Below are positions 8,322-16,898 of a stretch of 25,231 bases of DNA, piece after piece. The notes below the pieces were generated by a model. It did no database searches and was not told the origin of the DNA. It saw only the letters and a program-made list of their open reading frames with translations. The stretch is taken from positions 1 to 25,231 of the IMG/VR virus record IMGVR_UViG_3300047507_000084; one strand, written 5' to 3'. Source of the DNA: a virus. Taxonomy: Duplodnaviria > Caudoviricetes. The number at the start of each line of letters is the position of its first letter. Positions within the stretch are counted from its first letter, which is position 1. The translations under genes were made by a program, and so were the position numbers.

Positions 8322-9833
8322 TTATCCGGTCTTTTTCCCGTAAGTGAAAACATGCCCCTTCCGCTCGTCCCGCCAGGACGTCCGGGCCGGTGGAGGCTGG
8401 GCCGCGGGGCGCGCTTCTGGCGCCGCAGGCTGGCCCTCCGCCTCGGTCCCGGGCCGCGGGACGGCCGGCTTCTGGCCCGGCATGCCGGCGTAGTAAACCT
8501 TCCCCGGGCGGACCTCGGGCTCGACCATGGGCGCGACGCAGTAGATCACGCCCTCCGCCACGTCCGGGCTGAACTTGAGCTTCTTCTTGATCTCCTCCTT
8601 GGGGACGATCACGATCCGGCCCGCCGAGTTGATCTTGTATTTGATGGCCAGGAGCTGCGTCGCCAGGTCGCTCTCGTCCGGGATGCTCAGGTACTGGAGC
8701 ATCTCCTTGAGCCCCCAGTGGAGCTCGGCCCGCAGGTTCTCGAAGCGGACCGGGTCCCTCGCCCGCGCGCTCCCGTGGATCTCGACCACCTTGATCTGGA
8801 ACCCGTAGTGCTCCGATTTCTCGGCCGCCAGCTCGAGCGCCCGGTCGACCACGCCCCCCCCCAGCCCGTCGGCATCGATCTTGATCCGGACCTCCTGGAG
8901 CCTGCCCTTCCAGCGCGGGACCACGAGGTCGTCCAGGCACTTCCAGAGCAGCCCGGTCGTGCGCATCGTGTCGTGGCCACGGGCCCGGCTGTAGAGCGTG
9001 ACCCGCAGGCCCTCCTGGAGGAGGATGGTCGACTCATCGTCCCCGTGCCGCGCCACGTCGACGCCCATCTCGACCGGGAGGCCCGGCTCGACGACGCGCC
9101 TCTGCGCCGCCTTGATCTCCAGATAGGGGTAGACGTCGTCCGGCTCCCCGACCGCCGACCAATCGCCGGCGAGGTAGACGCCCTGGAGCTTCGCCGGCAG
9201 GATGCCCTTCATGCGGGGGATATAGTCGGCCGGCAGGTTCTGCAGGTTGTCCTCCGGCAGCGACTCGATGAACACGTGGTCGTGGAGCTTCTGCTCGAGG
9301 AAGCGCTTCTTGATCCAGCCCTGCGTCGGGTTGCAGGAGAGAAGGAGGGACGGCTTGAGCCCCGGGAGGTTGAGCCTGAGGCGCGTCGCCAGCATCAGGA
9401 ACTCCTGCTCCGTGAACTCCTCCGCCTGGTCAAGGGCGATCCACCCGTACTCGCCCGACATGAACCTCTGCCAGTCGTCCGGGGCGTCGCCGATCCCGCC
9501 GTACCGGATTCTCGACTTGTTCCTATAGGTGATCAGCTTCTCGCTGTGGTTCCAATCCTGGATCAGCCCCCCATCGATGAACTTCTCGAGCTGGGGCATC
9601 ATCGTGTCGCGGAAAGAGGGCCAGGTCTTCCGCATGAGTAGCCCGAAGTTGCCCGGATAGTCGAGGTTGAGCTGGTTCCCCTCGTTGATGAGCGCCGCCG
9701 TCTTCCCCCCGCCCATTCCGCCGCCGAAGAGCTTGTAGATCTCCGACGCCCGGTGGAACAGCATCTGCTTCTCGTTCCGTTGCGGATCGTAGACCGCAGA
9801 GAGGTCGACTATCAACTCCTGGGCCGCGTTCAT
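8322..9833 (-). CDS. terL: Terminase large subunit
   Basis: Walker A GGGMGGGKT, Walker B WIALDQAEE, coupling motif SCNP, RNase H-like nuclease GVDVARHGDD, IDADGLGGGVVD, SPDVAEG; start MNAAQ overlaps TerS stop. Confidence 0.93.
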   Translation of the reverse strand: MNAAQELIVDLSAVYDPQRNEKQMLFHRASEIYKLFGGGMGGGKTAALINEGNQLNLDYPGNFGLLMRKTWPSFRDTMMPQLEKFIDGGLIQDWNHSEKLITYRNKSRIRYGGIGDAPDDWQRFMSGEYGWIALDQAEEFTEQEFLMLATRLRLNLPGLKPSLLLSCNPTQGWIKKRFLEQKLHDHVFIESLPEDNLQNLPADYIPRMKGILPAKLQGVYLAGDWSAVGEPDDVYPYLEIKAAQRRVVEPGLPVEMGVDVARHGDDESTILLQEGLRVTLYSRARGHDTMRTTGLLWKCLDDLVVPRWKGRLQEVRIKIDADGLGGGVVDRALELAAEKSEHYGFQIKVVEIHGSARARDPVRFENLRAELHWGLKEMLQYLSIPDESDLATQLLAIKYKINSAGRIVIVPKEEIKKKLKFSPDVAEGVIYCVAPMVEPEVRPGKVYYAGMPGQKPAVPRPGTEAEGQPAAPEARPAAQPPPARTSWRDERKGHVFTYGKKTG

Positions 9834-10315
9834 TTCTTCGGCTCCGCCGCCGGTTGTACCGGCACGGGCTTCTCCGGCCTGGGGACCGCCGAGATCACGG
9901 TGATCTTCAGGCCCGCCGGGAACTCGACATCGTGCCGGTGGCGCCATTTCTCCGGTCTTCGATTCGTCAGCCAGATGGCGCAAGCCGCCACGTCAGGGAT
10001 CACGAGCTTCTTCGTCTTCCGGACGAGCGTCGGCGTCGCCTTCTTGGCCTCCTTGGGCCTTCCGGCGTATTCGACCATAACCTCTTCGTATTCGAAGCCG
10101 ATCACCCTTTTGAACAGCGCCTTCTCGGCCTCATCATCGGGCAGCACCTTCCCCCTTTTTATGGACTCCAGAAACTCCGGGTACTTGTTCTCGTAGACGT
10201 GGTAACTCGATTCGCTGACGCCCAGTTTCTTGGCAATCTCCCGGTCGATCATCCCCTCGCGGGCATACTTCTCCGCCAGGGTGGGGAAGGTCTCGTTGTA
10301 CTTGGTCCTAGACAT
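9830..10315 (-). CDS. terS: Terminase small subunit
   Basis: N-terminal HTH (DREIAKKLGVS), YPEFLESIKRGK, ALFKRVIG, PDVAACAIWLTNRRPEKWR; immediately upstream of TerL. Confidence 0.85.
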   Translation of the reverse strand: MSRTKYNETFPTLAEKYAREGMIDREIAKKLGVSESSYHVYENKYPEFLESIKRGKVLPDDEAEKALFKRVIGFEYEEVMVEYAGRPKEAKKATPTLVRKTKKLVIPDVAACAIWLTNRRPEKWRHRHDVEFPAGLKITVISAVPRPEKPVPVQPAAEPKK

Positions 10316-10318
10316 CTC

Positions 10319-10864
10319 TTACTCTGCAACCGGCTTCGACTTTTTCGCCTCGAACTCGAACCCGCACTTTGGGCAGGCGACCAGGTTCTTTTTGGCTCCG
10401 GACTCGGCCCCTGGCTCCTCTTCGCTGGGCCCGAATCGCTCGATGAGATGCTTGAGGTCGATCCCCTGGCCCAGATCCACCCGGAAAGACTCGAGATCGA
10501 TCTCCTCGAGGTGAGGCTGGAGGAGCTCCGCCAGTTGCTGGTCCTGATAAAAGCCGAACTTCATATTGTCGAGGATCGAGAGCTCGATCTTCTCGGCCTC
10601 AGTCCGGGGGAAGTTCAGGCTGATCCAGATCGGCTTATCGTCGGCGTAATGGAGGACATCCTTCATGGCGTGCCAGCGCATGTTCCCCCCGCCCGTCTCG
10701 TAAATCCCGCCCTCCTTCCAGCAGGTCAGGACCTGGAACTGGCCCTTCTCTCGGATGCTCTTGGCGAGCGCCTCGAGGTCCTCGGTCTTGATGCCCCGCG
10801 GGTTCTTCCCCCACGGCCTGATCCTCCCGAACGGTACTTTCAAGAACTGGGGTTCTTTAACCAT
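10319..10864 (-). CDS. ParB/Srx N-terminal-domain protein with C-terminal zinc ribbon
   Basis: PWGKNPR..LAKSIREKG..GGNMRWHAM; C-terminal CPKCGFEF; adjacent to TerS. Confidence 0.75.
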   Translation of the reverse strand: MVKEPQFLKVPFGRIRPWGKNPRGIKTEDLEALAKSIREKGQFQVLTCWKEGGIYETGGGNMRWHAMKDVLHYADDKPIWISLNFPRTEAEKIELSILDNMKFGFYQDQQLAELLQPHLEEIDLESFRVDLGQGIDLKHLIERFGPSEEEPGAESGAKKNLVACPKCGFEFEAKKSKPVAE

Positions 10865-10882
10865 CGCCCTATTTTCCCTGTC

Positions 10883-11206
10883 TTATTTCGGATGGTCCGA
10901 CACATGGGAGAAGAGTTGCGTCCGCGTCTCCTGAATTTGGCCCGCCAGACCGCCGCTGGTCGATGCGCAGTGCTCCTTGAACGATTCGATCGCTACGAGC
11001 GATTTCGCGGAGTTCTCCGCGGCAAGCGACGCCTTCACCTCGGCCTGATCCACTTTCTTGTGCAGCCCCTCCATGCGCTTTTCCGTCATCGGCCCGTTGT
11101 TCCTTTTCTTGCCATCGACGATGATCTTGATCCACATCCCTACCTGGGACACCACGAGGGAAAGCAATCCTATGACTGTTGTCGGTTCGGCGGCCATCTC
11201 ATTCAC
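10883..11206 (-). CDS. Single-TM membrane protein, putative holin
   Basis: Hydrophobic N-terminal segment then coiled coil; in the lysis cassette. Confidence 0.5.
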   Translation of the reverse strand: MNEMAAEPTTVIGLLSLVVSQVGMWIKIIVDGKKRNNGPMTEKRMEGLHKKVDQAEVKASLAAENSAKSLVAIESFKEHCASTSGGLAGQIQETRTQLFSHVSDHPK

Positions 11207-11513
11207 CTTTCTTCTTAAGCGCTATCTTGAGAGACTCGTTCTCGAGCTCGAGTTCGCGGATCCGGAGGAGCGAGTACATGGCTGTCTTGACATAGCCATC
11301 GGTTACGATGAAATAGTTGCCTTTCGGGTCCTCTTTCGGTTCGAAAAAGATCTCGCCGGCAACAGTCTTCCCGACAATCTTCGCTATACCGATATAGATC
11401 GGTTCGACAACGATCTTCGGTTTACAAGAGGTCAAGAAGCTCAGAGTACAAAAGATTAAGAGCAGGGATGTCGCCGTTTTTAAGAGCCTCGGCGAAAGCC
11501 TTTTTCGTGGCAT
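11199..11513 (-). CDS. Lipoprotein, putative o-spanin (Rz1-like)
   Basis: LLLIFCTLSFLTSC lipobox; overlaps the upstream 66-aa gene in another frame, as Rz/Rz1 pairs do. Confidence 0.55.
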   Translation of the reverse strand: MPRKRLSPRLLKTATSLLLIFCTLSFLTSCKPKIVVEPIYIGIAKIVGKTVAGEIFFEPKEDPKGNYFIVTDGYVKTAMYSLLRIRELELENESLKIALKKKGE

Positions 11514-11622
11514 CTTTTTTCTCCTTATACACCTCGATCTCCTTCTGGATCTTGTCGAGGTCGCTCGGATTGAGGTTGAAGATTTTCAGAAGTTCAAGGA
11601 TCACTTTCGCGATATCCCCCAT
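11422..11622 (-). CDS. Small helical protein, possible i-spanin (Rz-like)
   Basis: GGAGGG RBS; between endolysin and overlapping lipoprotein; N-terminal TM segment is weak. Confidence 0.45.
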   Translation of the reverse strand: MGDIAKVILELLKIFNLNPSDLDKIQKEIEVYKEKKDATKKAFAEALKNGDIPALNLLYSELLDLL

Positions 11623-11642
11623 GGCCGTCCCCTCCTTTTGGT

Positions 11643-12089
11643 TCAGAATTGACTAACGAGATTTATAAAACCGATCATGTCGAATTTCAGGCCCGGACAC
11701 GTCTTGGGATTGAAAAAGCCGTGGGGATATATCTTTGTTTTGTCGATCCCGAACAGCCTGAGCCAGAGCGCGACGATCCCGGCCGCCTTCTCGAGCTGCT
11801 TGGGCGGAGGCTCCTCGAGGTCGAAGTTGCCGATGAGGCAGAGCCCGAGCGACCTGTAATTCTGGCCCAGGGTGTGGGCCCCGATCCTGTCCCACGGCCG
11901 GCCCATGAGGGCCTCGTAAGCGTCGTCCACCAGCTCCACGCCTTCATGGTAGCCGATTTCCACCATGGGCGGAGCCATCTCGGTCATGTGGTATTTCCGG
12001 ATCGCCCCCCAGGAGACGGTCCTCCCGTCTTTCGTAAGGGAATGGTGGATCACAATTATTTGGGGTTCAAGAGGAAAGTAAAAAGGCAA
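11643..12089 (-). CDS. Endolysin, N-acetylmuramoyl-L-alanine amidase (Amidase_2 / T7 lysozyme-like)
   Basis: IIVIHHS, IRKYH, IGYH, GAHTLGQN..SLGLCLIGNF, IYPH..KTCPG; TTG start 8 nt after GAGGTG. Confidence 0.9.
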   Translation of the reverse strand: MPFYFPLEPQIIVIHHSLTKDGRTVSWGAIRKYHMTEMAPPMVEIGYHEGVELVDDAYEALMGRPWDRIGAHTLGQNYRSLGLCLIGNFDLEEPPPKQLEKAAGIVALWLRLFGIDKTKIYPHGFFNPKTCPGLKFDMIGFINLVSQF

Positions 12090-12111
12090 CTCGCCGGCAC
12101 CTCTGCCCCCG

Positions 12112-12142
12112 ATTATAATGGGAATTGCCGTCAGGATGTCAA
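12112..12142 (-). promoter_or_regulatory. Candidate sigma70-type late promoter, TTGACA-19 nt-TATAAT
   Basis: Both consensus hexamers in the intergenic gap immediately upstream of the lysis/head operon. Confidence 0.6.
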
Positions 12143-12149
12143 GACAAAT

Positions 12150-12449
12150 TTATTTCGCGGGCGGCCGAGGGTGTTTCTTCTCGGGCTCCTTGGCCTGGCT
12201 TTTGCCCGGTTCCTTCAGTTGATCGAACAGGACGCCTTTCCGGGCCTTCCGCACCAGTACGATCGCCCGGCTGAGCCTTTGCTGGCGCACCTGCAGATCC
12301 TCGATCTCCTTCTCCTTCCGGTCGATGGTCTTCTGCGCCGCGTCGATCTCGAGGTTGACCATGGTCAGCTCCGTCTCGAGCGTGTTGTAGACCTCGTCCG
12401 CCTCCCCGAAGAGGTTCGGCTGTGCTACAGTCGCTTTTTCGTCTTTCAT
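12150..12449 (-). CDS. Coiled-coil hypothetical protein
   Basis: AAGGAGG RBS; heptad pattern. Confidence 0.7.
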   Translation of the reverse strand: MKDEKATVAQPNLFGEADEVYNTLETELTMVNLEIDAAQKTIDRKEKEIEDLQVRQQRLSRAIVLVRKARKGVLFDQLKEPGKSQAKEPEKKHPRPPAK

Positions 12450-12461
12450 TTTGCCTCCTTC

Positions 12462-12758
12462 TCACCAATCCCAGTCTTCCTGCTTTATCTTCGCCCCCTG
12501 GCTGATCAGCCATGGGACCAGTTTCATCTTAAAGCAGACGGGGCAGATGTCGACGTCGTATTTCTTCCCCGATCCGCCGTCCGGACAGGTGAATCCCTCC
12601 TTCTGGAGGACCGTGACCGTGATCACGGTTTCTCCGATATCATACTTTGTGCCTACCTCCCATCCCGCATTCTTGCCCGCGAGGCCGCAGAGATCGCAAG
12701 TGCGTTGGACGAGTTCGGTAAAAGTGCTCGTGGTGGTGACCTTCTTATAGTGTTTCAT
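12462..12758 (-). CDS. Small zinc-finger-like phage protein
   Basis: MKHYKK..CDLCG..DICPVCF; GGAGGAG RBS. Confidence 0.65.
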   Translation of the reverse strand: MKHYKKVTTTSTFTELVQRTCDLCGLAGKNAGWEVGTKYDIGETVITVTVLQKEGFTCPDGGSGKKYDVDICPVCFKMKLVPWLISQGAKIKQEDWDW

Positions 12759-13165
12759 GGCTTCGTCTCCTCCAGGCCCTCGACGCTCTCGGCGTGCGTC
12801 GGCAGCCGGGCCCCGCAGAAGGGGCAGAACAGAAGGTCGTCCAGCATAAAGTCTTCGTTGCCGGCGCTCCAACTCACGGTCTTTTTCTCTTCAGCGAAGT
12901 TAGCCTCGACGCTTGCGTAGTCGCCCTCAAACTCCTCCTTCAGCCGGACGCAGCAGGCTTCGATGAGTTCAACCCTGGGCATGAGTTGATCGAACCGGGC
13001 GACGTCGCGGCAGACCGTGCAACGCCATCCGGGCGAGAACCACGTCCCATCGGGCTTCTCGCCCAACGGGCCCGGCTCGAAGATCTTCATCCGGATCGTC
13101 GGGTTCCCGCACTTGTGGCAGGTGGGGTTCTTCACGGCGACCGTCGTCGCTTTGATGAGGCTCAT
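12755..13165 (-). CDS. Cys-rich hypothetical protein
   Basis: MSLIKATT..CHKCG..CTVC..CC..FCPFCG; ATGA coupling. Confidence 0.6.
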   Translation of the reverse strand: MSLIKATTVAVKNPTCHKCGNPTIRMKIFEPGPLGEKPDGTWFSPGWRCTVCRDVARFDQLMPRVELIEACCVRLKEEFEGDYASVEANFAEEKKTVSWSAGNEDFMLDDLLFCPFCGARLPTHAESVEGLEETKP

Positions 13166-13374
13166 TCGCCGCCCTCCCGGCCGATGAACCGGATCTCGAG
13201 CCGCATCACGCCCGTGGGGACCGTCTCGGCCACATACCCCGGCTCCTCGTATATGTCGGTCATCTCCCTCATGAAGTGGACCTCCAGGATCGCCGTGTCC
13301 TCGGCCCTGATCAACTTGAGCGCCCTCTCCAGGACCTCCTTCACCCGCCCGGGCTCTATACTCCAGTTCGTCAT
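13162..13374 (-). CDS. Hypothetical protein (70 aa)
   Basis: ATGA overlaps on both sides. Confidence 0.6.
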   Translation of the reverse strand: MTNWSIEPGRVKEVLERALKLIRAEDTAILEVHFMREMTDIYEEPGYVAETVPTGVMRLEIRFIGREGGE

Positions 13375-13673
13375 TGCCCCGCCTTCGCCATCCGTTTGAA
13401 GGCGGCCCTGGTCGACGGCCAGAGCCCCGGAGGATCGAACGACCCGAAGAAGTACTTCGTCCCCTGACCGCTGTGGCTGAGGACGCCGTGGACGACCGCG
13501 GCGAGGTCCCCTTCGAGCTCCTGGATCCGCCCGCCGTCCTCGTCGAGCACGACCAGCGTCCCATTTGTCAGCAGAATCACGGCCTCAATTTGATATGACT
13601 CCACGGCCCTCTCTTCCGCCTTGGCCTTTGGTTCCGGCTTCTCGCCGGCCGCCAGCGACTTGAAATCTTCCAT
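13371..13673 (-). CDS. Hypothetical protein
   Basis: MEDFKSL.. after AAGGAGG RBS. Confidence 0.65.
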   Translation of the reverse strand: MEDFKSLAAGEKPEPKAKAEERAVESYQIEAVILLTNGTLVVLDEDGGRIQELEGDLAAVVHGVLSHSGQGTKYFFGSFDPPGLWPSTRAAFKRMAKAGQ

Positions 13674-13805
13674 CTCAGCCTCCTTGATTTCAAAATATCC
13701 GGCCCCTTCATGCCGGGGAGGCGACCTGCCTCGCCACATCGGCTATAGCCTCACAGGATCCTAACCTTTTTTAAGGATCTCGGCATGAATTTCTTCGCCA
13801 GTTTG

Positions 13806-14135
13806 TCAAGTGCTTTCTTCGACTTCGGAGAACGACCGCTCATAGTTAAAATCCTCCACCCTCCGGTAAAGGTCCATGAGCGCCTCCATCCCGATTAAAT
13901 GTCCGCAGGTCGGAGGGAAGTTCCACCAGCGGTCCCGATGCCAGCACCAGAAGAACAGCACGCGCTTCCCGCCACTCTTTTCGTAAATGGAATAGCCCGC
14001 ATCCTCCGATAGGACGCTCTCCCGGTTTGTCTTGAAATCCTCCTTCAGGTAATTGCTCGGGCGGTCCTGGGTGGAGAGGAACGCCCTGAGCTTTTCGACT
14101 TCAGCCCGCAGGAGAGACGCCCTGTCTTTTTTCAT
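13806..14135 (-). CDS. Hypothetical protein (109 aa)
   Basis: ORF directly downstream of the ParB gene. Confidence 0.6.
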   Translation of the reverse strand: MKKDRASLLRAEVEKLRAFLSTQDRPSNYLKEDFKTNRESVLSEDAGYSIYEKSGGKRVLFFWCWHRDRWWNFPPTCGHLIGMEALMDLYRRVEDFNYERSFSEVEEST

Positions 14136-14138
14136 GGG

Positions 14139-15812
14139 TTAAACCTTTGTGATCTCGTCCGGGACCCGGCCGACCAGGTCGACGCCGCTCTTTAGGAAGA
14201 CGTCGACAAGCTCGGACTTCTTCAGCTTCTCCGGATCGGGCGATTTCGCCTTGAGTTTTTCCGCCATGAATTTCCTCGCCAGCGGATCCGTGAGGATTTT
14301 GACTTTTCTCCCGAACGCCAGGAGCTCCTTCCTCGTCTTCTTCTTCAGGTATTCCTCGTCGGCAGCCCATTCCTTCGAGAGGTCGATATTGAGAAACTCG
14401 GCTACGAGGCGCCGACTGCTTGAGCCGAAGCTATTCCAGTTACCTTCGCTGACGTTCTGGCCTTCCAGGAGCACCTCTTTCACGGCCTCCCGAAACAACG
14501 GGACAATCTTTTCGTACGACTGCTCCAGGAGTTTCTTGAACATGGGAGTATTATCGCCGAATGCATCCCGGAATCCGAGTTTGTTCCGGAGCGCAGAGCG
14601 AGCGCTGCTATTCGCATAGGCCAGGCACATTATCAGGAGCGTCTTGATCTTCTCGTCTTCAGGCTTCAGGCTGGCCAGAACCTCCGGGATCCGCCTCTTG
14701 AAGAAAACGTTCCGGAAGTACTCGCCGTGCCAGGTGACCCGGGCCTGCTTGCCGGCGTCCACGGATTCCTTCTTCTTCTCCCTGTCCGTTGTTCTCTCGG
14801 CTGCCCGGGCGGATTGTTGCGCGGAATTGAAGCACTTCCTGTCGCCGATGCAGACCCGCGCATCGCCCTGTCCGTAGCCGCTCTCGATCCTTCCCTCGAT
14901 CGTCACGAGCGAGACGAAGTCCTCGCACTCGAGGCATTTATTGGGCATATGCTCGCCGTTAGAAAATTCACGCTTCGAGTCCCAATTAAAATCTGCGTCG
15001 AACCGGGCGCTCCTGGTCTTGTATTTTTTTGCCTGGGGGGTCTCGAGCCAATGATGTTTGAGCCATTCGCCCTGTTTTCCCTTGAAGCATTTCGGATGCT
15101 GGCACGCGGCCTTGGCGTCACCGAATCCGAAGAGCTCCTTCTGGACCGTGGAGTTGTGCCGGCAGCCGATGCACGATCGCGTGTCGAATAAGGCCGCGCC
15201 CAGGGAGACCTGACGCCCGCTGATCTCCTTCCTGAGGGCGAGGGCGCTCATGTCGTGGCTTTTCACGCGGTCGACCATTTCTCTTTGTGCCTCCGCATTT
15301 GGCAGCCGGAGGAGTTGCTCAAGGTGGCTGAAAGTGAGATCGCCCTTCTTCCATGCCTCGAGCACTTTGGGGCCAAGAGCCAGGACTGCGATCCGGGCCC
15401 GGACATAGGCCGGCCGGATCCCGGTCTTCTCCGCGAGTTCCTTGATTGAGTTCTCGCCCTTGTGCCGGCCGGCCCAGGCCTTGAACGACTCGGCCTCCTC
15501 GAGCTCCGTCAGGTCCTCGCGCTGCAGGTTCTCGATGAGCATGAAGTCGTAGGCCTCGTCGTCGTTGAGCTCCCTGACCACGGCCGGAATCAGCTTCAGG
15601 CCAAGCTCGGCCGCGGCGCGGAGCCGGCGGCTCCCGGCCACGACCTCGTAGGGGGGGTTGAGTTTATTTGCAGGCCGGACGATGATCGGCTCGATCACGC
15701 CCTTCTCCTTGATCGAGGCCTTGAGCTCCTCGAAGGCCGGGCCGGCGAATTTCTTTCGCGGGTTCGTCGGGTTCGGGCCGATCTCGCCCAGCGGAATGAT
15801 TTTGTAGCTCAT
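14139..15812 (-). CDS. Large ParB/RepB/Spo0J-family protein with Cys-rich central region
   Basis: NPTNPRKKF..ELKASIKEKGVIEPIIVRP..YEVVAGSRRLRAA..IENLQREDLTELEEAE, HTH, CIGCRHNS..CQHPKCF; AAGGAGG RBS before MSYKII. Confidence 0.88.
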   Translation of the reverse strand: MSYKIIPLGEIGPNPTNPRKKFAGPAFEELKASIKEKGVIEPIIVRPANKLNPPYEVVAGSRRLRAAAELGLKLIPAVVRELNDDEAYDFMLIENLQREDLTELEEAESFKAWAGRHKGENSIKELAEKTGIRPAYVRARIAVLALGPKVLEAWKKGDLTFSHLEQLLRLPNAEAQREMVDRVKSHDMSALALRKEISGRQVSLGAALFDTRSCIGCRHNSTVQKELFGFGDAKAACQHPKCFKGKQGEWLKHHWLETPQAKKYKTRSARFDADFNWDSKREFSNGEHMPNKCLECEDFVSLVTIEGRIESGYGQGDARVCIGDRKCFNSAQQSARAAERTTDREKKKESVDAGKQARVTWHGEYFRNVFFKRRIPEVLASLKPEDEKIKTLLIMCLAYANSSARSALRNKLGFRDAFGDNTPMFKKLLEQSYEKIVPLFREAVKEVLLEGQNVSEGNWNSFGSSSRRLVAEFLNIDLSKEWAADEEYLKKKTRKELLAFGRKVKILTDPLARKFMAEKLKAKSPDPEKLKKSELVDVFLKSGVDLVGRVPDEITKV

Positions 15813-15841
15813 TGATTCCTCCTTTTCATTTGCGCGGCCGC

Positions 15842-15867
15842 GGGGGCCGGATCCTCGGCCGGCCCCC
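15842..15867. other. GC-rich intergenic hairpin
   Basis: GGGGGCCGG (15842-15850) / CCGGCCCCC (15859-15867); no U-tract. Confidence 0.4.
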
Positions 15868-15884
15868 TGTCCGTGCTCCATTTG

Positions 15885-16259
15885 TCAGCCGGTCTTCTTC
15901 GCCGGGTGGTAGGTGTCGTAGAGACCGCTCGCCACGAACCAGACCGCGGCCCCGTACATCAGCAGCGCCGGGACGCTGAAGGCCTTTGTGATGGCGAGGT
16001 AGGCCGCCGTGACGACCGCGGACGAGGCCATGGAGAAAAGATACCCCAGGATCCTCTTCATGGTCTCCGTGGCGTTCTTGACCAGCTTCATCAGGTAGGT
16101 CGTCAGGCCCTGGACGGTGATGATCCCGCCGATGCCGGCCAGGATGGCCTGGGTGACCAGCGGGTCATAGGCGGTGTCGCTGTCGGCGGCCAGGACCGGG
16201 CCCGCGATCGCGAGAAGAAGCACCGCGAAAAAAGAAACGAGGATGATCTTTTTTTTCAT
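15885..16259 (-). CDS. Multi-pass membrane protein with signal peptide
   Basis: Signal peptide plus about three hydrophobic segments; AAGGAGGT RBS. Confidence 0.7.
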   Translation of the reverse strand: MKKKIILVSFFAVLLLAIAGPVLAADSDTAYDPLVTQAILAGIGGIITVQGLTTYLMKLVKNATETMKRILGYLFSMASSAVVTAAYLAITKAFSVPALLMYGAAVWFVASGLYDTYHPAKKTG

Positions 16260-16387
16260 CCCTTTACCTCCTTATTGGATTTATTTTTTGCGGCCCGGTA
16301 TTTTCTGTATCTTTCAGAAACCAACCGGACCATGAAAAGCCCGCCCATCAGTGCCCAGAAAAAAATCAGGATTTTAAGCCAAGGCAT
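16256..16387 (-). CDS. Small single-TM protein (43 aa; not in ORF track)
   Basis: MPWLKILIFFWALMGGLFMVRLVSERYRKY..; GGGGGA RBS; ATGA overlap. Confidence 0.45.
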   Translation of the reverse strand: MPWLKILIFFWALMGGLFMVRLVSERYRKYRAAKNKSNKEVKG

Positions 16388-16436
16388 TTCATCCCCCTTT
16401 TGCGAATTCATCTTGCCCCAAGCATTCATCATCGAT

Positions 16437-16898
16437 TCAGAAAATAACGGCGCCGGACTCCATGTCCGAGAGGCTCAGGTCCGGCCGCTTCAGGACCCCG
16501 ACGACCGAGTAGTCCCCGCCGGCCCGGGCGATGAAAGCCGAGACATCGAAGTAAATGACAGTGATCGAGCCGGCGCTGAATACCGCGGCGCTGGCCGTGG
16601 TCAGGCCCGCCCCTCCGGTCGTCCAGTTGGTGATCCTCACCTCCCAGTCCAGATTGAGCGGGGCCTGGGTGCCGTTCTCCACGACCAGGAAGACGAACCA
16701 GGAACCCGTCCGGTCCCCGAAGAGGGCCGGCTTTAGGCTGGTCGGGGTCGGCGCCTCTGCGGTCAGCCCGACGGCCAGGGCGTTAATCCCGTGGGCCAGG
16801 AACTGCCGCTGCACGACCAGGCTCACGGTCTGCGGCGCCGACGCCGTCACGCAGGCCAGGACCAGCAACAGGGCCGCGACGCTAAGGATTTTTCTCAT
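16437..16898 (-). CDS. Exported beta-rich hypothetical protein
   Basis: Signal peptide MRKILSVAALLLVLAC (possible lipoprotein); GAGGAGGT RBS. Confidence 0.65.
   Translation of the reverse strand: MRKILSVAALLLVLACVTASAPQTVSLVVQRQFLAHGINALAVGLTAEAPTPTSLKPALFGDRTGSWFVFLVVENGTQAPLNLDWEVRITNWTTGGAGLTTASAAVFSAGSITVIYFDVSAFIARAGGDYSVVGVLKRPDLSLSDMESGAVIF

Noticed and set aside
5304-12920. Long plus-strand ORFs (447, 391, 490, 454, 423 aa) and the alternative-frame minus ORF 6804-8231
   Set aside because: They overlap clear portal, terminase and lysis genes; such stop-free frames are expected in GC-rich coding DNA
13707-13789. tRNA gene
   Set aside because: No TTCRA T-loop, no canonical 7-nt anticodon loop, no CCA; kept only as a structured element
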